Origin: Stellaceae bacterium
Lineage (GTDB): Bacteria; Pseudomonadota; Alphaproteobacteria; ATCC43930; CGMCC-115725
Reading direction: 5' to 3'
DNA length: 64,000 nucleotides
Assembly: GCA_035604335.1 (NCBI GenBank)
Contig: DATNIT010000285.1
Location: 1-64,000 of the forward strand
A program made the position numbers and the translations under genes. Positions 29,754 to 38,773 of the stretch are shown piece by piece; position 1 is the stretch's first letter, and the number at the start of each line of letters is the position of its first letter. Under the pieces are notes generated by a model that worked only from the letters and a program-made list of their open reading frames with translations, searched no databases and was not told the DNA's origin.

Positions 29754-31466
29754 TTGGGAAACCCCGTCGACCCCATCACCGTATCGGTCATCCAGCATCG
29801 TCTGCTCGCGATCGTCGAGGAGATGGGCGAGGAGATGCTGCGCACGTCCTATTCGCAGATCCTGAACTCGAGCCGCGATTTCTCGACCGGCATCTGCGAC
29901 CTCGACGGGCGCCTGATCGCGCAGGCGGAGCACGTCCCGATCCATGTCGGTGCGCTGCCCTGGGCCGCGCGCTCCGTGCGCGATTTCTTCGTGGGCGAGA
30001 TCCGGCCCGGCGACGTCTATCTGCTGAACGACCCCTACCACGGCGGCAATCACCTGCCGGACTTGACCGCCTTCGTGCCGGTGTTCGACGGCGATAAGCC
30101 GGTCTACTGGTCGATCAACCGCGCGCATCAGAGCGACATCGGCGGCGCCACCCATGGCGCCTACAACGCCGCCGCCACCGAGATCTGGCAGGAGGGCATC
30201 CGCATCACGCCGCTTCGGCTCTACGAGCGCGGCGAGCTCCGGCGCGACGTCATGGAGATGCTGGTCACCAACGTGCGCCATCCCCGGGACTTCCGCGGCG
30301 ACCTCGCGGCCATGATCGGCTCGGCGCGGGTGGGCGAGCGGCGGCTGCTGGCGCTCGCGGCCGAGTTCGGCTGGGAGACGACTTATGCCGCGATCGAGGC
30401 CGTGCTCGACGGCGCCGAGCGGCAGACCCGCGCGGTGATCGCGGGCTGGAAGGACGGCGTCTACAAGGGCGAGGCGATCCTCGACGACGACGGCCACAAG
30501 TTCGAGGACATTCCCATCCGCGCCACCGTGACCAAGCGCGGCAGCGACCTCGTGATCGATCTCTCGGACAGCCACGAGCAGGTGATCGGCTTCGTCAACT
30601 CGTCCTATCCGAACATGCGCTCGGCGGTCGCGGTGGCGCTCTCCTACCTGATCGATCCGCACACGCCCAAGAACGACGGCACCTTCCGCCCGCTCGAGGT
30701 GATCGCCAAGCCCGGCACCATCGTGTGGGCGAACGAGGGCGCGCCGGTGACGCTCGCCACCAATCACTGCGGCCAGGAGATCATCGAGGCGATCATCCGC
30801 GCTCTCGCGCCCGCCTGCCCCGACCGCGCCATGGCCGGCTGGGGCCGGCGCTTCCGCATCGCGATCCAGGGCCGCGATCCCCGCCGGAACCGACCCTTCA
30901 TCTGGCACATGTTCCAGGCCCGGCCCGGCGGCGGCGCATCGCCCGTGGGCGACGGCTGGCCCGGCGCCGGCGAGTGGCAGGCAGCCGGCGGCATCAAGTT
31001 CGGCAGCCTGGAGGTGACCGAGGTGCGCTTTCCCCTGTTCTTCCGACGCCACGAGTTCCGCCCGGACAGCGGCGGCGAGGGCGAGTACCGCGGCGGCCCC
31101 GGTTGCGTACTTGAATTCGCCGTGGAGATCGACGAGCCCGCGCTCGGCAACACCGCCGGCGACGGCGTGCGCCACGGCGCCTGCGGCATCCTCGGCGGCG
31201 CCGACGGCGAGCCCCACCGCTATGTCCTGCACTCCAAGGGCCGAACGCCGCGCATCATCAAAACGAAAGAGGTCGGCATCCCCATCCGTCCCGGCGACGT
31301 GTTCCTCGTCGAATCCGGCGGCGGCGGCGGGTGGGGTGATCCCAAGAAACGTACGCGCGAGGCGCGGGCGCGGGACGTTGAGCTGGGGTTTGTGAGCGCA
31401 CCAGGCGCGACGAGTGCGGCCGAGACGAAACCGGAGCTCGTGACCGCAAAGAGAAAGCGCGCCTGA
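29754..31466 (+). CDS. Hydantoinase B/oxoprolinase family protein (HyuB-like), second copy; TTG start
   Basis: GNPVDPITVSVIQHRLLAIVEEMG..NDPYHGGNHLPDL; GAGGA RBS. Confidence 0.85.
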   Translation: MGNPVDPITVSVIQHRLLAIVEEMGEEMLRTSYSQILNSSRDFSTGICDLDGRLIAQAEHVPIHVGALPWAARSVRDFFVGEIRPGDVYLLNDPYHGGNHLPDLTAFVPVFDGDKPVYWSINRAHQSDIGGATHGAYNAAATEIWQEGIRITPLRLYERGELRRDVMEMLVTNVRHPRDFRGDLAAMIGSARVGERRLLALAAEFGWETTYAAIEAVLDGAERQTRAVIAGWKDGVYKGEAILDDDGHKFEDIPIRATVTKRGSDLVIDLSDSHEQVIGFVNSSYPNMRSAVAVALSYLIDPHTPKNDGTFRPLEVIAKPGTIVWANEGAPVTLATNHCGQEIIEAIIRALAPACPDRAMAGWGRRFRIAIQGRDPRRNRPFIWHMFQARPGGGASPVGDGWPGAGEWQAAGGIKFGSLEVTEVRFPLFFRRHEFRPDSGGEGEYRGGPGCVLEFAVEIDEPALGNTAGDGVRHGACGILGGADGEPHRYVLHSKGRTPRIIKTKEVGIPIRPGDVFLVESGGGGGWGDPKKRTREARARDVELGFVSAPGATSAAETKPELVTAKRKRA

Positions 31467-31470
31467 TCCC

Positions 31471-33519
31471 ATGTATCGCATCGGTATTGACGTCGGCGGC
31501 ACCTTCACCGACCTGGTCGCGGTCGACCCGTCGGGTCGCGCCACGTTGGCGAAGGTCGCGTCGACACCACGCGATCCCTCAATCGGCGTTTTGGCGGGGC
31601 TCGCGAGTCTCGCCGAGATATTGGACTTGCCGTTGGATCGGCTCTTCGCGGAGACCGAGCGGATCGTGCATGGCACCACGGTCGCTACCAACGCGCTGCT
31701 GGAGCACAAGGGCGCCAAGGTGGGATTGCTCACCACCGAGGGCCATCGCGACGTGCTGGAGATGCGCGAGGGGCTGAAGGATGATCGCTACAACCTCCGC
31801 ATGCCGCCGCCGGAGCCGCTGGTGCCGCGCCAGCGCCGGCTTGGCGTGCGCGAGCGCATGCGCGCGGACGGGCGCGTGGAGGTGCCGCTCGACGCGGCCT
31901 CGCTCAATCAAGCGATCGACACGCTGACGCGCGACGGCGTCGAGGCGGTTGCCATCTGCTATCTCCACGCCTATCGCGATCCCCGACACGAGCGCGCCAC
32001 GGCCGAGGCGGTCGCGCGCGCCATGCCGGACGTCTACGTCTCGCCCTCCTGCGACGTGTTCCCGCAGATCAAGGAGTTCGAGCGGGTCTCGACCACGATC
32101 GTCAACGCCTATGTCGGCCCCGTGCTCTCGCGATACCTGTTCCGTCTCGCCGGTCGCCTGAAGGAAGCGGGCTACAACGGGCCCGTGCTGATCATGCAGT
32201 CGCACGGCGGCGTGGCGCCGATCGTGGAGGCGGCTCGGCTCGCGGCGGGCGCTGTGCTCTCCGGCCCCGCGGGCGGCGTCGCCGGCAGCCGGCACGCGGC
32301 GCGCCTGCTGAACGCCGCCAACCTCATTTCCTTCGACATGGGCGGCACCAGCACGGACATCAGCCTGATCGTCGCGGGCGAGCCGTCGCTGGCGGTCGAC
32401 CGCAAGGTCGGCGGCCACCGCATCGCGCTCAACAGCCTCGACATCGTGAGCCTCGGCGCCGGCGGCGGCTCGATCGGCCGGGTCGATGCCGGCGGGATTC
32501 TGCATGTGGGCCCCGAGAGCGCCGGCGCCGATCCCGGCCCCGCCTGCTACGGCAAGGGCGGCACGGCTCCGACGGTGACCGACGCGAACCTGGTGCTGGG
32601 CTATCTGGATGCGCGCCATTTCCTCGGCGGACGCAGCACGCTCGATACGGCGGCCGCGGAAGCCGCGGTCGACGGCCTCGCGCGTGAGCTCAAGGTGTCT
32701 CGCATCGCCGCGGCGGAAGGCATCCACCGCATCGTCAACACCAACATGGCCGAGGGCATCCGGCTGGTGTCGGTCCGGCGCGGCGTCGATCCCCGAAAGT
32801 TCGCGTTGCTCTCCTTCGGCGGCGCCGCCGGCATGCACATCACGGATGTCGCGCGCCAGCTCGACCTCACGCGCGTGATCGTGCCGCGCATCGCGGCCGT
32901 GCTCTCGGCGTGGGGCATGCTGGCGACCGACCTGCGCTTCGAGGTCGCGCGCACGCACATCGGCGATGCCGGGGGCTTGGATGGCGCGGCGACGAAGCAC
33001 TTGTTCGACGAGATGGCCGCGGAGGCGACGGAACGGCTCCGTGCCTCCTACGACGGTCCGATGAGGCTGCAGCGCTCGGTCGACATGCGCTACGGCGAGC
33101 AGATCTTCGAGATCAATGTGGCGCTCGACGACGTGGACTGGGGAAAGCCCGATCCGCTGCCGGAGATCGTCGAACGCTTCCACCGGCGCCACGAAGAGCT
33201 CTACACCTACGCCATGCGCGACCAGGAGGCCGTGCTGGTGAACGCCCGAGTGGTCGCGATCGGCGTGCTGCCGGACCTGCCGCAGGAGCCGCGCCTGCCC
33301 GCCGCCGAGCCGGCGGCGCCTCGACATGAGCGGCGCATTTACCTCGGAGCCTGGAAGGCCGTGCCGGTCTACGACTTCGAGCGCCTCGCGCCCGAGCAGG
33401 CGATCGCCGGCCCGGCCATCGTGGAGTCCGCCATGACAACCGTGCTGCTGCGGCCCCAAGACAAGGCCCGCACCACCGCCCACGGTTGGCTCGATATCGC
33501 GGTGCCGACGCGGTCGTAG
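31471..33519 (+). CDS. Hydantoinase A/oxoprolinase family protein (HyuA-like), second copy
   Basis: MYRIGIDVGGTFTDLVAV N-terminus. Confidence 0.9.
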   Translation: MYRIGIDVGGTFTDLVAVDPSGRATLAKVASTPRDPSIGVLAGLASLAEILDLPLDRLFAETERIVHGTTVATNALLEHKGAKVGLLTTEGHRDVLEMREGLKDDRYNLRMPPPEPLVPRQRRLGVRERMRADGRVEVPLDAASLNQAIDTLTRDGVEAVAICYLHAYRDPRHERATAEAVARAMPDVYVSPSCDVFPQIKEFERVSTTIVNAYVGPVLSRYLFRLAGRLKEAGYNGPVLIMQSHGGVAPIVEAARLAAGAVLSGPAGGVAGSRHAARLLNAANLISFDMGGTSTDISLIVAGEPSLAVDRKVGGHRIALNSLDIVSLGAGGGSIGRVDAGGILHVGPESAGADPGPACYGKGGTAPTVTDANLVLGYLDARHFLGGRSTLDTAAAEAAVDGLARELKVSRIAAAEGIHRIVNTNMAEGIRLVSVRRGVDPRKFALLSFGGAAGMHITDVARQLDLTRVIVPRIAAVLSAWGMLATDLRFEVARTHIGDAGGLDGAATKHLFDEMAAEATERLRASYDGPMRLQRSVDMRYGEQIFEINVALDDVDWGKPDPLPEIVERFHRRHEELYTYAMRDQEAVLVNARVVAIGVLPDLPQEPRLPAAEPAAPRHERRIYLGAWKAVPVYDFERLAPEQAIAGPAIVESAMTTVLLRPQDKARTTAHGWLDIAVPTRS

Positions 33520-33757
33520 GAGCGCGCTCTCCCGGACTGAATGGACTCACTGGTTTTCTCTTTTAACACAAAGAGTTAACTTCATCCAAGCAAGCGCCGC
33601 CAGGCCCGCGTCGAAGGACGCAGTGACGCCACCGCCACCCGCCTGGCGATAACTGTCCGCTAACCATTTTCGTTAAGGATGGCGGTCTCGCGGACCCCTT
33701 GGAGGTGCCGCGGCAGCTCGCGTCACCCGCCACGGTCGATAGCGAAGTGTCAGACGC

Positions 33758-36391
33758 ATGAAGCCAGGACGCCGTGACGATCCCACGCCTGCGCTGTCCG
33801 TGAGTGCGGCCGGCACCGCCTCGGACGCCGTCAGTCCCGGGCTGCGAGCGCTGGTCACCGCCATCTTCGTCGCGTCGGGCGCGGCTTCTCTCGTGCTGCA
33901 GGTCGTCTGGTTCAAGCAGCTGCAGTTTGTGCTGGGCAGCACGACCATCTCCGTCAGCGTCACTGTCGCCAGCTTCTTTTTCGGACTCTCCGTCGGCAGC
34001 GCGCTCGGCGGCCGACTCGCAGATGTCGTCGTGCGCCCGCTCAGGACTTACGGACTTCTCGAGCTCGCTCTCGCGCTCGTCTCCTTTGCCGTCACCGCGT
34101 TTCTCTCGAATTGGTCCGTCTGGGTCGGCGCGCTGTCGCCGATGCTGAGCCTCGACTCCTGGGCTCGGCTCCCCCTCATGGTCGTGCTGTCGCTCGCGAG
34201 TTTGTCGCTGCCGACGATCCTGATGGGCGCGACGCTGCCTCTCCTGGTGAGGTTCGTGACCCGCACCCGGACGGAGCTCGCCAATCGGATCGGCGTGCTC
34301 TACGGCTTCAATACGCTGGGCGCCGCCATCGGGACCCTGGGCGCGGGCTTCGTCCTGATCGGATTTCTGGGCGTCACGGGATCGAGTTTGGTCGCATCGG
34401 TCGCTTACGCCTGCGTCGGCTCGCTCGGCCTTGTCGCGTCACGTCGCGAGCAGCACTTGTCGGTGCCAGAGCGGCACCAGGAGTCGGTCCTCGGCACGAG
34501 GTCCGAGGCGCGCGACACGAGTTTCCTGATCTGGCTCTTCGCGGCCTCCGGCTTCGTCTCGATCGCCTACGAGGTCGTCTGGTTCCGTTTCCTGACCAAC
34601 GTCAGCAGCTCCAGCGTCTATGCCTTCGCAGGCATGCTCAGCACCTACCTGTTTGGGCTGGTGATCGGCGCCTTGGTGTGCGCCCGGTTTCTGGCATCGC
34701 GCAAGGATCAGCTGTTGCGGTACTTCGCCATGGCGCAATTGGGCATCGCGGTCACCGCGACGCTCACCCTGGCGGTGCTCGGCAAGGCCTCCACGTTCCA
34801 TGCGGTCCTGGCGCGGATCGTGTCGGCAGTGATCCCGGATCAGGCGCAGGTGCTGCTGGGAGACGATGTCTCGTTCTTTGTCACCTGTCTCGTCGCCCTG
34901 CTCCTGCCCACCACGATCATCGGCATCAGCTTTCCGCTCGCCAGCGAGCTGACGGTGATGCAGATGCGCGCGCTCGGGCGCCGGATCGGCACGCTCTACT
35001 CGCTGAACACCATCGGCGGCGTCCTGGGATCGCTGATCGCCGGATTTTTCCTGATTCCCTACCTCGGCAGCCAGTGGGCACTGAGCGCGTTGATCCTGAT
35101 GAACGTGCTGCTGTTCATCGGGGCCGCGGCGGCGCAGTCCCGCGCACCACAGAGCCGGTTGCTATGGCGGTACGGCGCGATGGCCGGGGGCTTCGTCGCC
35201 GTGTCGCTCCTGGTGCTCGGTCCGCGCTACCTCGAGCGGCAGCTGACCGCCTTCAACGGCGCCACGGTGCTGGAGCTGCGGGAGTCGCGCGAGGCCACTT
35301 TCGCCGTGCTGGAGTACGACGACGGCGCAGCCGGAAAGTATCAGCAGCTGCTGGTGAACTCGAAGAGCTACGCCAACAACCGGCCCGAGGGCCGGCGCTA
35401 CATGGCCGCCATGGCGCACTATCCGCTCCTGCTCCACAAGGGCCCGGTCGAGACCGCGCTCGTCATCTGTATCGGAACGGGCACCACGGTCGGCGCCGCA
35501 AGCATTCATGAGGAGCTGCGCTCCATCGACGCGGTCGATCTGGCACCGGCGGTGTTCGAGTTCGCCCGCTATTTCGTCCCCATCAACCACCGCTTCCAGG
35601 AGAATCCCAGGGTGCACAAGGTGGCGGCGGATGGCCGCCATTACCTGCTCGGCACGCACAATAGCTTCGACGTGATCACCCTCGAGCCGCCGCCACCTCA
35701 GGACGCCGGGATCGTCAACCTCTACACCGAGGAATTCTACCAGCTGGCCAAACGGCGGCTGCGCCCCGGAGGCATGCTGGCGCAGTGGGTGCCGTTGGAT
35801 TTCGCCCGCGGCGATCTGCCCAAGATGATTCTCAAGGCGATGCTCGCGCAATTTAAGCACGTGTCGTTGTGGGTGCCGTCGCGGATGGAGGGCGTCGCCA
35901 TCGCCTCTGACGATCCCCTGCAGATCGACGACGACACGCTCGCCCAGCGAATGTCCGCGCCCGCGGTTGCGGCCGATCTCACGGCGATCGGGCTGCGCTC
36001 ACCCGAGCACCTCCTCGCGACCTTCGTCGCCGCCGACGAGCGGCTCGCCGCCTTTCTCGCCGACGTCTCGAGCCTCACCGATGACCGGCCGCGGATCGAG
36101 TACTACAACCTCTACCCCGTGAAACCCATCCGGGTGGCGGATCTGAAGCGGCTCCGCGAGCCCGTGGAGCGCTATCTGACCCCGGCGTCATCGGGCAATC
36201 TCCAGCTGGACGCGGCCCGCGCCATCGTCGACGACATCTGGGACGAGCACGAGGCCACCGCGAACGGCGACGCCACCGCCGCCCGCTCGGCGCTCGACGC
36301 CGCCCTGAGGCTGGAGCCAAACAACTCCTATCTCCGCTTCCTCGCGCGCAACCAGCGCATCGCGGCCAATCAAGCCTCGCTGCAGCCGTAG
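33758..36391 (+). CDS. Fused MFS-type membrane domain / spermidine-synthase-like (polyamine aminopropyltransferase fold) protein
   Basis: 877 aa; roughly 11-12 TM helices over the first about 480 aa, then a SpeE-like domain (LVICIGTGTTVGAA, DAVDLAPAV, DVITLEP) and a TPR-like tail. Confidence 0.75.
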   Translation: MKPGRRDDPTPALSVSAAGTASDAVSPGLRALVTAIFVASGAASLVLQVVWFKQLQFVLGSTTISVSVTVASFFFGLSVGSALGGRLADVVVRPLRTYGLLELALALVSFAVTAFLSNWSVWVGALSPMLSLDSWARLPLMVVLSLASLSLPTILMGATLPLLVRFVTRTRTELANRIGVLYGFNTLGAAIGTLGAGFVLIGFLGVTGSSLVASVAYACVGSLGLVASRREQHLSVPERHQESVLGTRSEARDTSFLIWLFAASGFVSIAYEVVWFRFLTNVSSSSVYAFAGMLSTYLFGLVIGALVCARFLASRKDQLLRYFAMAQLGIAVTATLTLAVLGKASTFHAVLARIVSAVIPDQAQVLLGDDVSFFVTCLVALLLPTTIIGISFPLASELTVMQMRALGRRIGTLYSLNTIGGVLGSLIAGFFLIPYLGSQWALSALILMNVLLFIGAAAAQSRAPQSRLLWRYGAMAGGFVAVSLLVLGPRYLERQLTAFNGATVLELRESREATFAVLEYDDGAAGKYQQLLVNSKSYANNRPEGRRYMAAMAHYPLLLHKGPVETALVICIGTGTTVGAASIHEELRSIDAVDLAPAVFEFARYFVPINHRFQENPRVHKVAADGRHYLLGTHNSFDVITLEPPPPQDAGIVNLYTEEFYQLAKRRLRPGGMLAQWVPLDFARGDLPKMILKAMLAQFKHVSLWVPSRMEGVAIASDDPLQIDDDTLAQRMSAPAVAADLTAIGLRSPEHLLATFVAADERLAAFLADVSSLTDDRPRIEYYNLYPVKPIRVADLKRLREPVERYLTPASSGNLQLDAARAIVDDIWDEHEATANGDATAARSALDAALRLEPNNSYLRFLARNQRIAANQASLQP

Positions 36392-36397
36392 CTCGCT

Positions 36398-37447
36398 CTA
36401 GGCGCCCGTCTTTCCCACGATCCGAGCCGGATTCGTGATCGAGACCGCGCGGAGCTCGTCGTCGCTCAGGCCGAAGGCCGCCATGTAGCTGCGGATCAAG
36501 CGCATGCACTCGACGGTGTGCGGGAAGAGCGGCTCGCCGGCGTCGCTCGAGAGCGTCACGCGCTCGACGCCCACCGCGCGGATCGCCTCGCACATGCGGG
36601 CGGGATCGACGCCGAGCAGCGGCGACAGCTCGTCATAGGTGAAATTGAGGGTGATGCCCGCGCCCGCCAGCTGCTTCATCTGGGCGATGTCCAGATCGAC
36701 GAAGGGGCTGAAGGGGTGGTCGATGACGCCGCGCTCGAAGCGAAGCGTCTCCAGCAGCTCCGCGACAGCGAAGATCTCCGCGTGGGTGGCGTGTCCGAAG
36801 AAGAGCGCCACGTTTGCGTCGGCCACCATGCGGATCATCTCCGCGATGTCCGGCTTGATCCGGCCGCGGTCGTCGAGGAGGTAGTAGCCGTAGCGGAGCG
36901 CCTCCTCCCAGGGCAGCGGCGCGCTGTGATCGCCGGGCGCCGCCGTCGGGTCCCACCAGATCCGGCGGCCGCCTACCTTGAAGAGCGTGTTCGCGTGATT
37001 GAACACGGGCAGCCAGACCGCGACTACGCCATCGTCGAGCTGCTGGCGAAGCTTGGCCACTGAGGGCGAGCGATTGTCCATGGTGATGCCGCAGCCCGCC
37101 CAGCACTCGGTCGGCGCCACGCCGGTCGCCTCGCTCCATCGCGCGAGATCGGATTTGATCCGCTCCACCACGCGCGCTGGCCGGTAGTCGCCGCCGGAGA
37201 TCGCGCCCACGGTCTTGAACAAGATCCCGCCCATGCCGCTCTCGGACGCGAGCTTCGCCAGCGCCAGCGGGTCCTGCTGGCCCTCGTGGGCGTGGCAGTG
37301 GATGTCGATCACGCCGGCAACGCCCGGCACCTGCGGCGGGTACACGACACCTGGCCGGTAGCGCCGCCGCGCCGGATAGGACGTGATGCACCGCTCGGCG
37401 GTGGGCGTCGCGGGATCAATGCGCTCGGTTTTCTCGATGCGATCCAT
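36398..37447 (-). CDS. TIM-barrel metal-dependent hydrolase (amidohydrolase-2/PHP-like); function unclear
   Basis: VIDIHCHAHEG metal-binding start motif. Confidence 0.5.
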   Translation of the reverse strand: MDRIEKTERIDPATPTAERCITSYPARRRYRPGVVYPPQVPGVAGVIDIHCHAHEGQQDPLALAKLASESGMGGILFKTVGAISGGDYRPARVVERIKSDLARWSEATGVAPTECWAGCGITMDNRSPSVAKLRQQLDDGVVAVWLPVFNHANTLFKVGGRRIWWDPTAAPGDHSAPLPWEEALRYGYYLLDDRGRIKPDIAEMIRMVADANVALFFGHATHAEIFAVAELLETLRFERGVIDHPFSPFVDLDIAQMKQLAGAGITLNFTYDELSPLLGVDPARMCEAIRAVGVERVTLSSDAGEPLFPHTVECMRLIRSYMAAFGLSDDELRAVSITNPARIVGKTGA

Positions 37448-37475
37448 CTGCGAAATTCGCGCCCGCTTTCCAATA

Positions 37476-37485
37476 GTTTTAAAAC
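37476..37485. promoter_or_regulatory. Perfect AT-rich palindrome GTTTTAAAAC in the 70-bp divergent promoter region
   Basis: Read directly; an AT island in GC-rich DNA. Confidence 0.3.
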
Positions 37486-37518
37486 GACATCAACAAAGTC
37501 GCGCGTTATACCGGTCTC

Positions 37519-38691
37519 GTGCCCAATCGATTTCAGCACAGCGGAGTCAGGCGAGCAATGGCGGCCGATCCGAGGACGACCGAGACTCAACCGGCTTGGG
37601 TGAGGCCGTCGGTCGAGGCGTTGCCGAGGCATGGCACGGGCGCACCGAGCGCCGCGGACTTCGCGGGCCCGAACGCGCCAAAGGTGCACATGCTGCACCT
37701 CAATGAATCGCCCTACCCGCCCTCGCCGAAGGCGGTCGAGGCTGTGCGCGCGGGCGCGAGCAGCCTCAACCGCTACCCCGACAGCCAGGGCAAGGCACTG
37801 GCGCAAGCGCTCTCCGCGCGCACGGGCATTCCGGCCGCGCACATCCTGTTCGGCTGCGGCAGCGACGAGCTCATCCACGACTTCTGCACCTTCGCGCTGA
37901 GCCCGGGCGACCACTCGGTGGTGCCGGCGCCGAGCTTTCCCAGCTTCGCAACGGAGACGCGGGTACAGGGCGCCACGCCGATCCGCGTCAAGCTGGACGC
38001 CCGCGGCGCCAACGATTGTGCGGGACTCGTCGCGGCAGTGACCGACCGCACTCGGTTGGTGTTCTGCTGCACGCCCAATCCTCCCAGCGGCGGCCAGGTG
38101 ACCGCGGCCGGCCTCGAGCACGTCGCGCAAGGCGTCCCCGAGCGCGCGCTGCTGATCGTCGACGAGGCCTATCACGAATATGGCCGGCAGGCCGGCGGAC
38201 CGGATGCGCTTTCCATCCTGGCCAAGCGGCGCGGGCCCTGGGCGGTGATGCGCACCTTCTCGAAAGCCTATGGCCTCGCGGGCGCGCGCCTCGGCTATGC
38301 GCTCTGCGGCTCGGAGGAGGTCGCGGAGGCGCTGCGCAAGGTGAAGCTGCATTTCGGGGCAACGGCGCCCGCGCAAGCGGCGGCGCTCGCCGCGCTCGAG
38401 GACGACGCCTACCTCGAGAAGGTGGTCGCCGCCGTCGCGCGCGAGCGGCAACGCTTGAGCGACGGCTTGGCCGGGCTCGGGCTCGAGGTCTATCGGAGCG
38501 CCGCCAACTTCGTCTCCGCCAAAGTGCCGATCCCGGCCGCGAGCGTGATGGAGCAGCTCCGCCGGCGGCGCATCCTGATCCGCGATTGGCGCGATCCCGA
38601 GCACCTCAACGAGATCCGCATCACCGTCGGCCTCGCCGAGGACACCGACGCGGTGATCGCGGCGCTGCGCGACATCCTAGCCACGGCATAA
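37519..38691 (+). CDS. PLP-dependent aminotransferase, histidinol-phosphate aminotransferase (HisC) family
   Basis: LNESPYPPSP, FSKAYGLAGARLGY (PLP lysine). Start may be ATG 37558. Confidence 0.75.
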   Translation: MPNRFQHSGVRRAMAADPRTTETQPAWVRPSVEALPRHGTGAPSAADFAGPNAPKVHMLHLNESPYPPSPKAVEAVRAGASSLNRYPDSQGKALAQALSARTGIPAAHILFGCGSDELIHDFCTFALSPGDHSVVPAPSFPSFATETRVQGATPIRVKLDARGANDCAGLVAAVTDRTRLVFCCTPNPPSGGQVTAAGLEHVAQGVPERALLIVDEAYHEYGRQAGGPDALSILAKRRGPWAVMRTFSKAYGLAGARLGYALCGSEEVAEALRKVKLHFGATAPAQAAALAALEDDAYLEKVVAAVARERQRLSDGLAGLGLEVYRSAANFVSAKVPIPAASVMEQLRRRRILIRDWRDPEHLNEIRITVGLAEDTDAVIAALRDILATA

Positions 38692-38773
38692 GGCCGCCCG
38701 CGGTTGCGTTGACCGCGGCGCCGGTTCCCGGGATAGTGACGCAAAGAAGCCACCATTCCTGGGGAGGCCCGCC

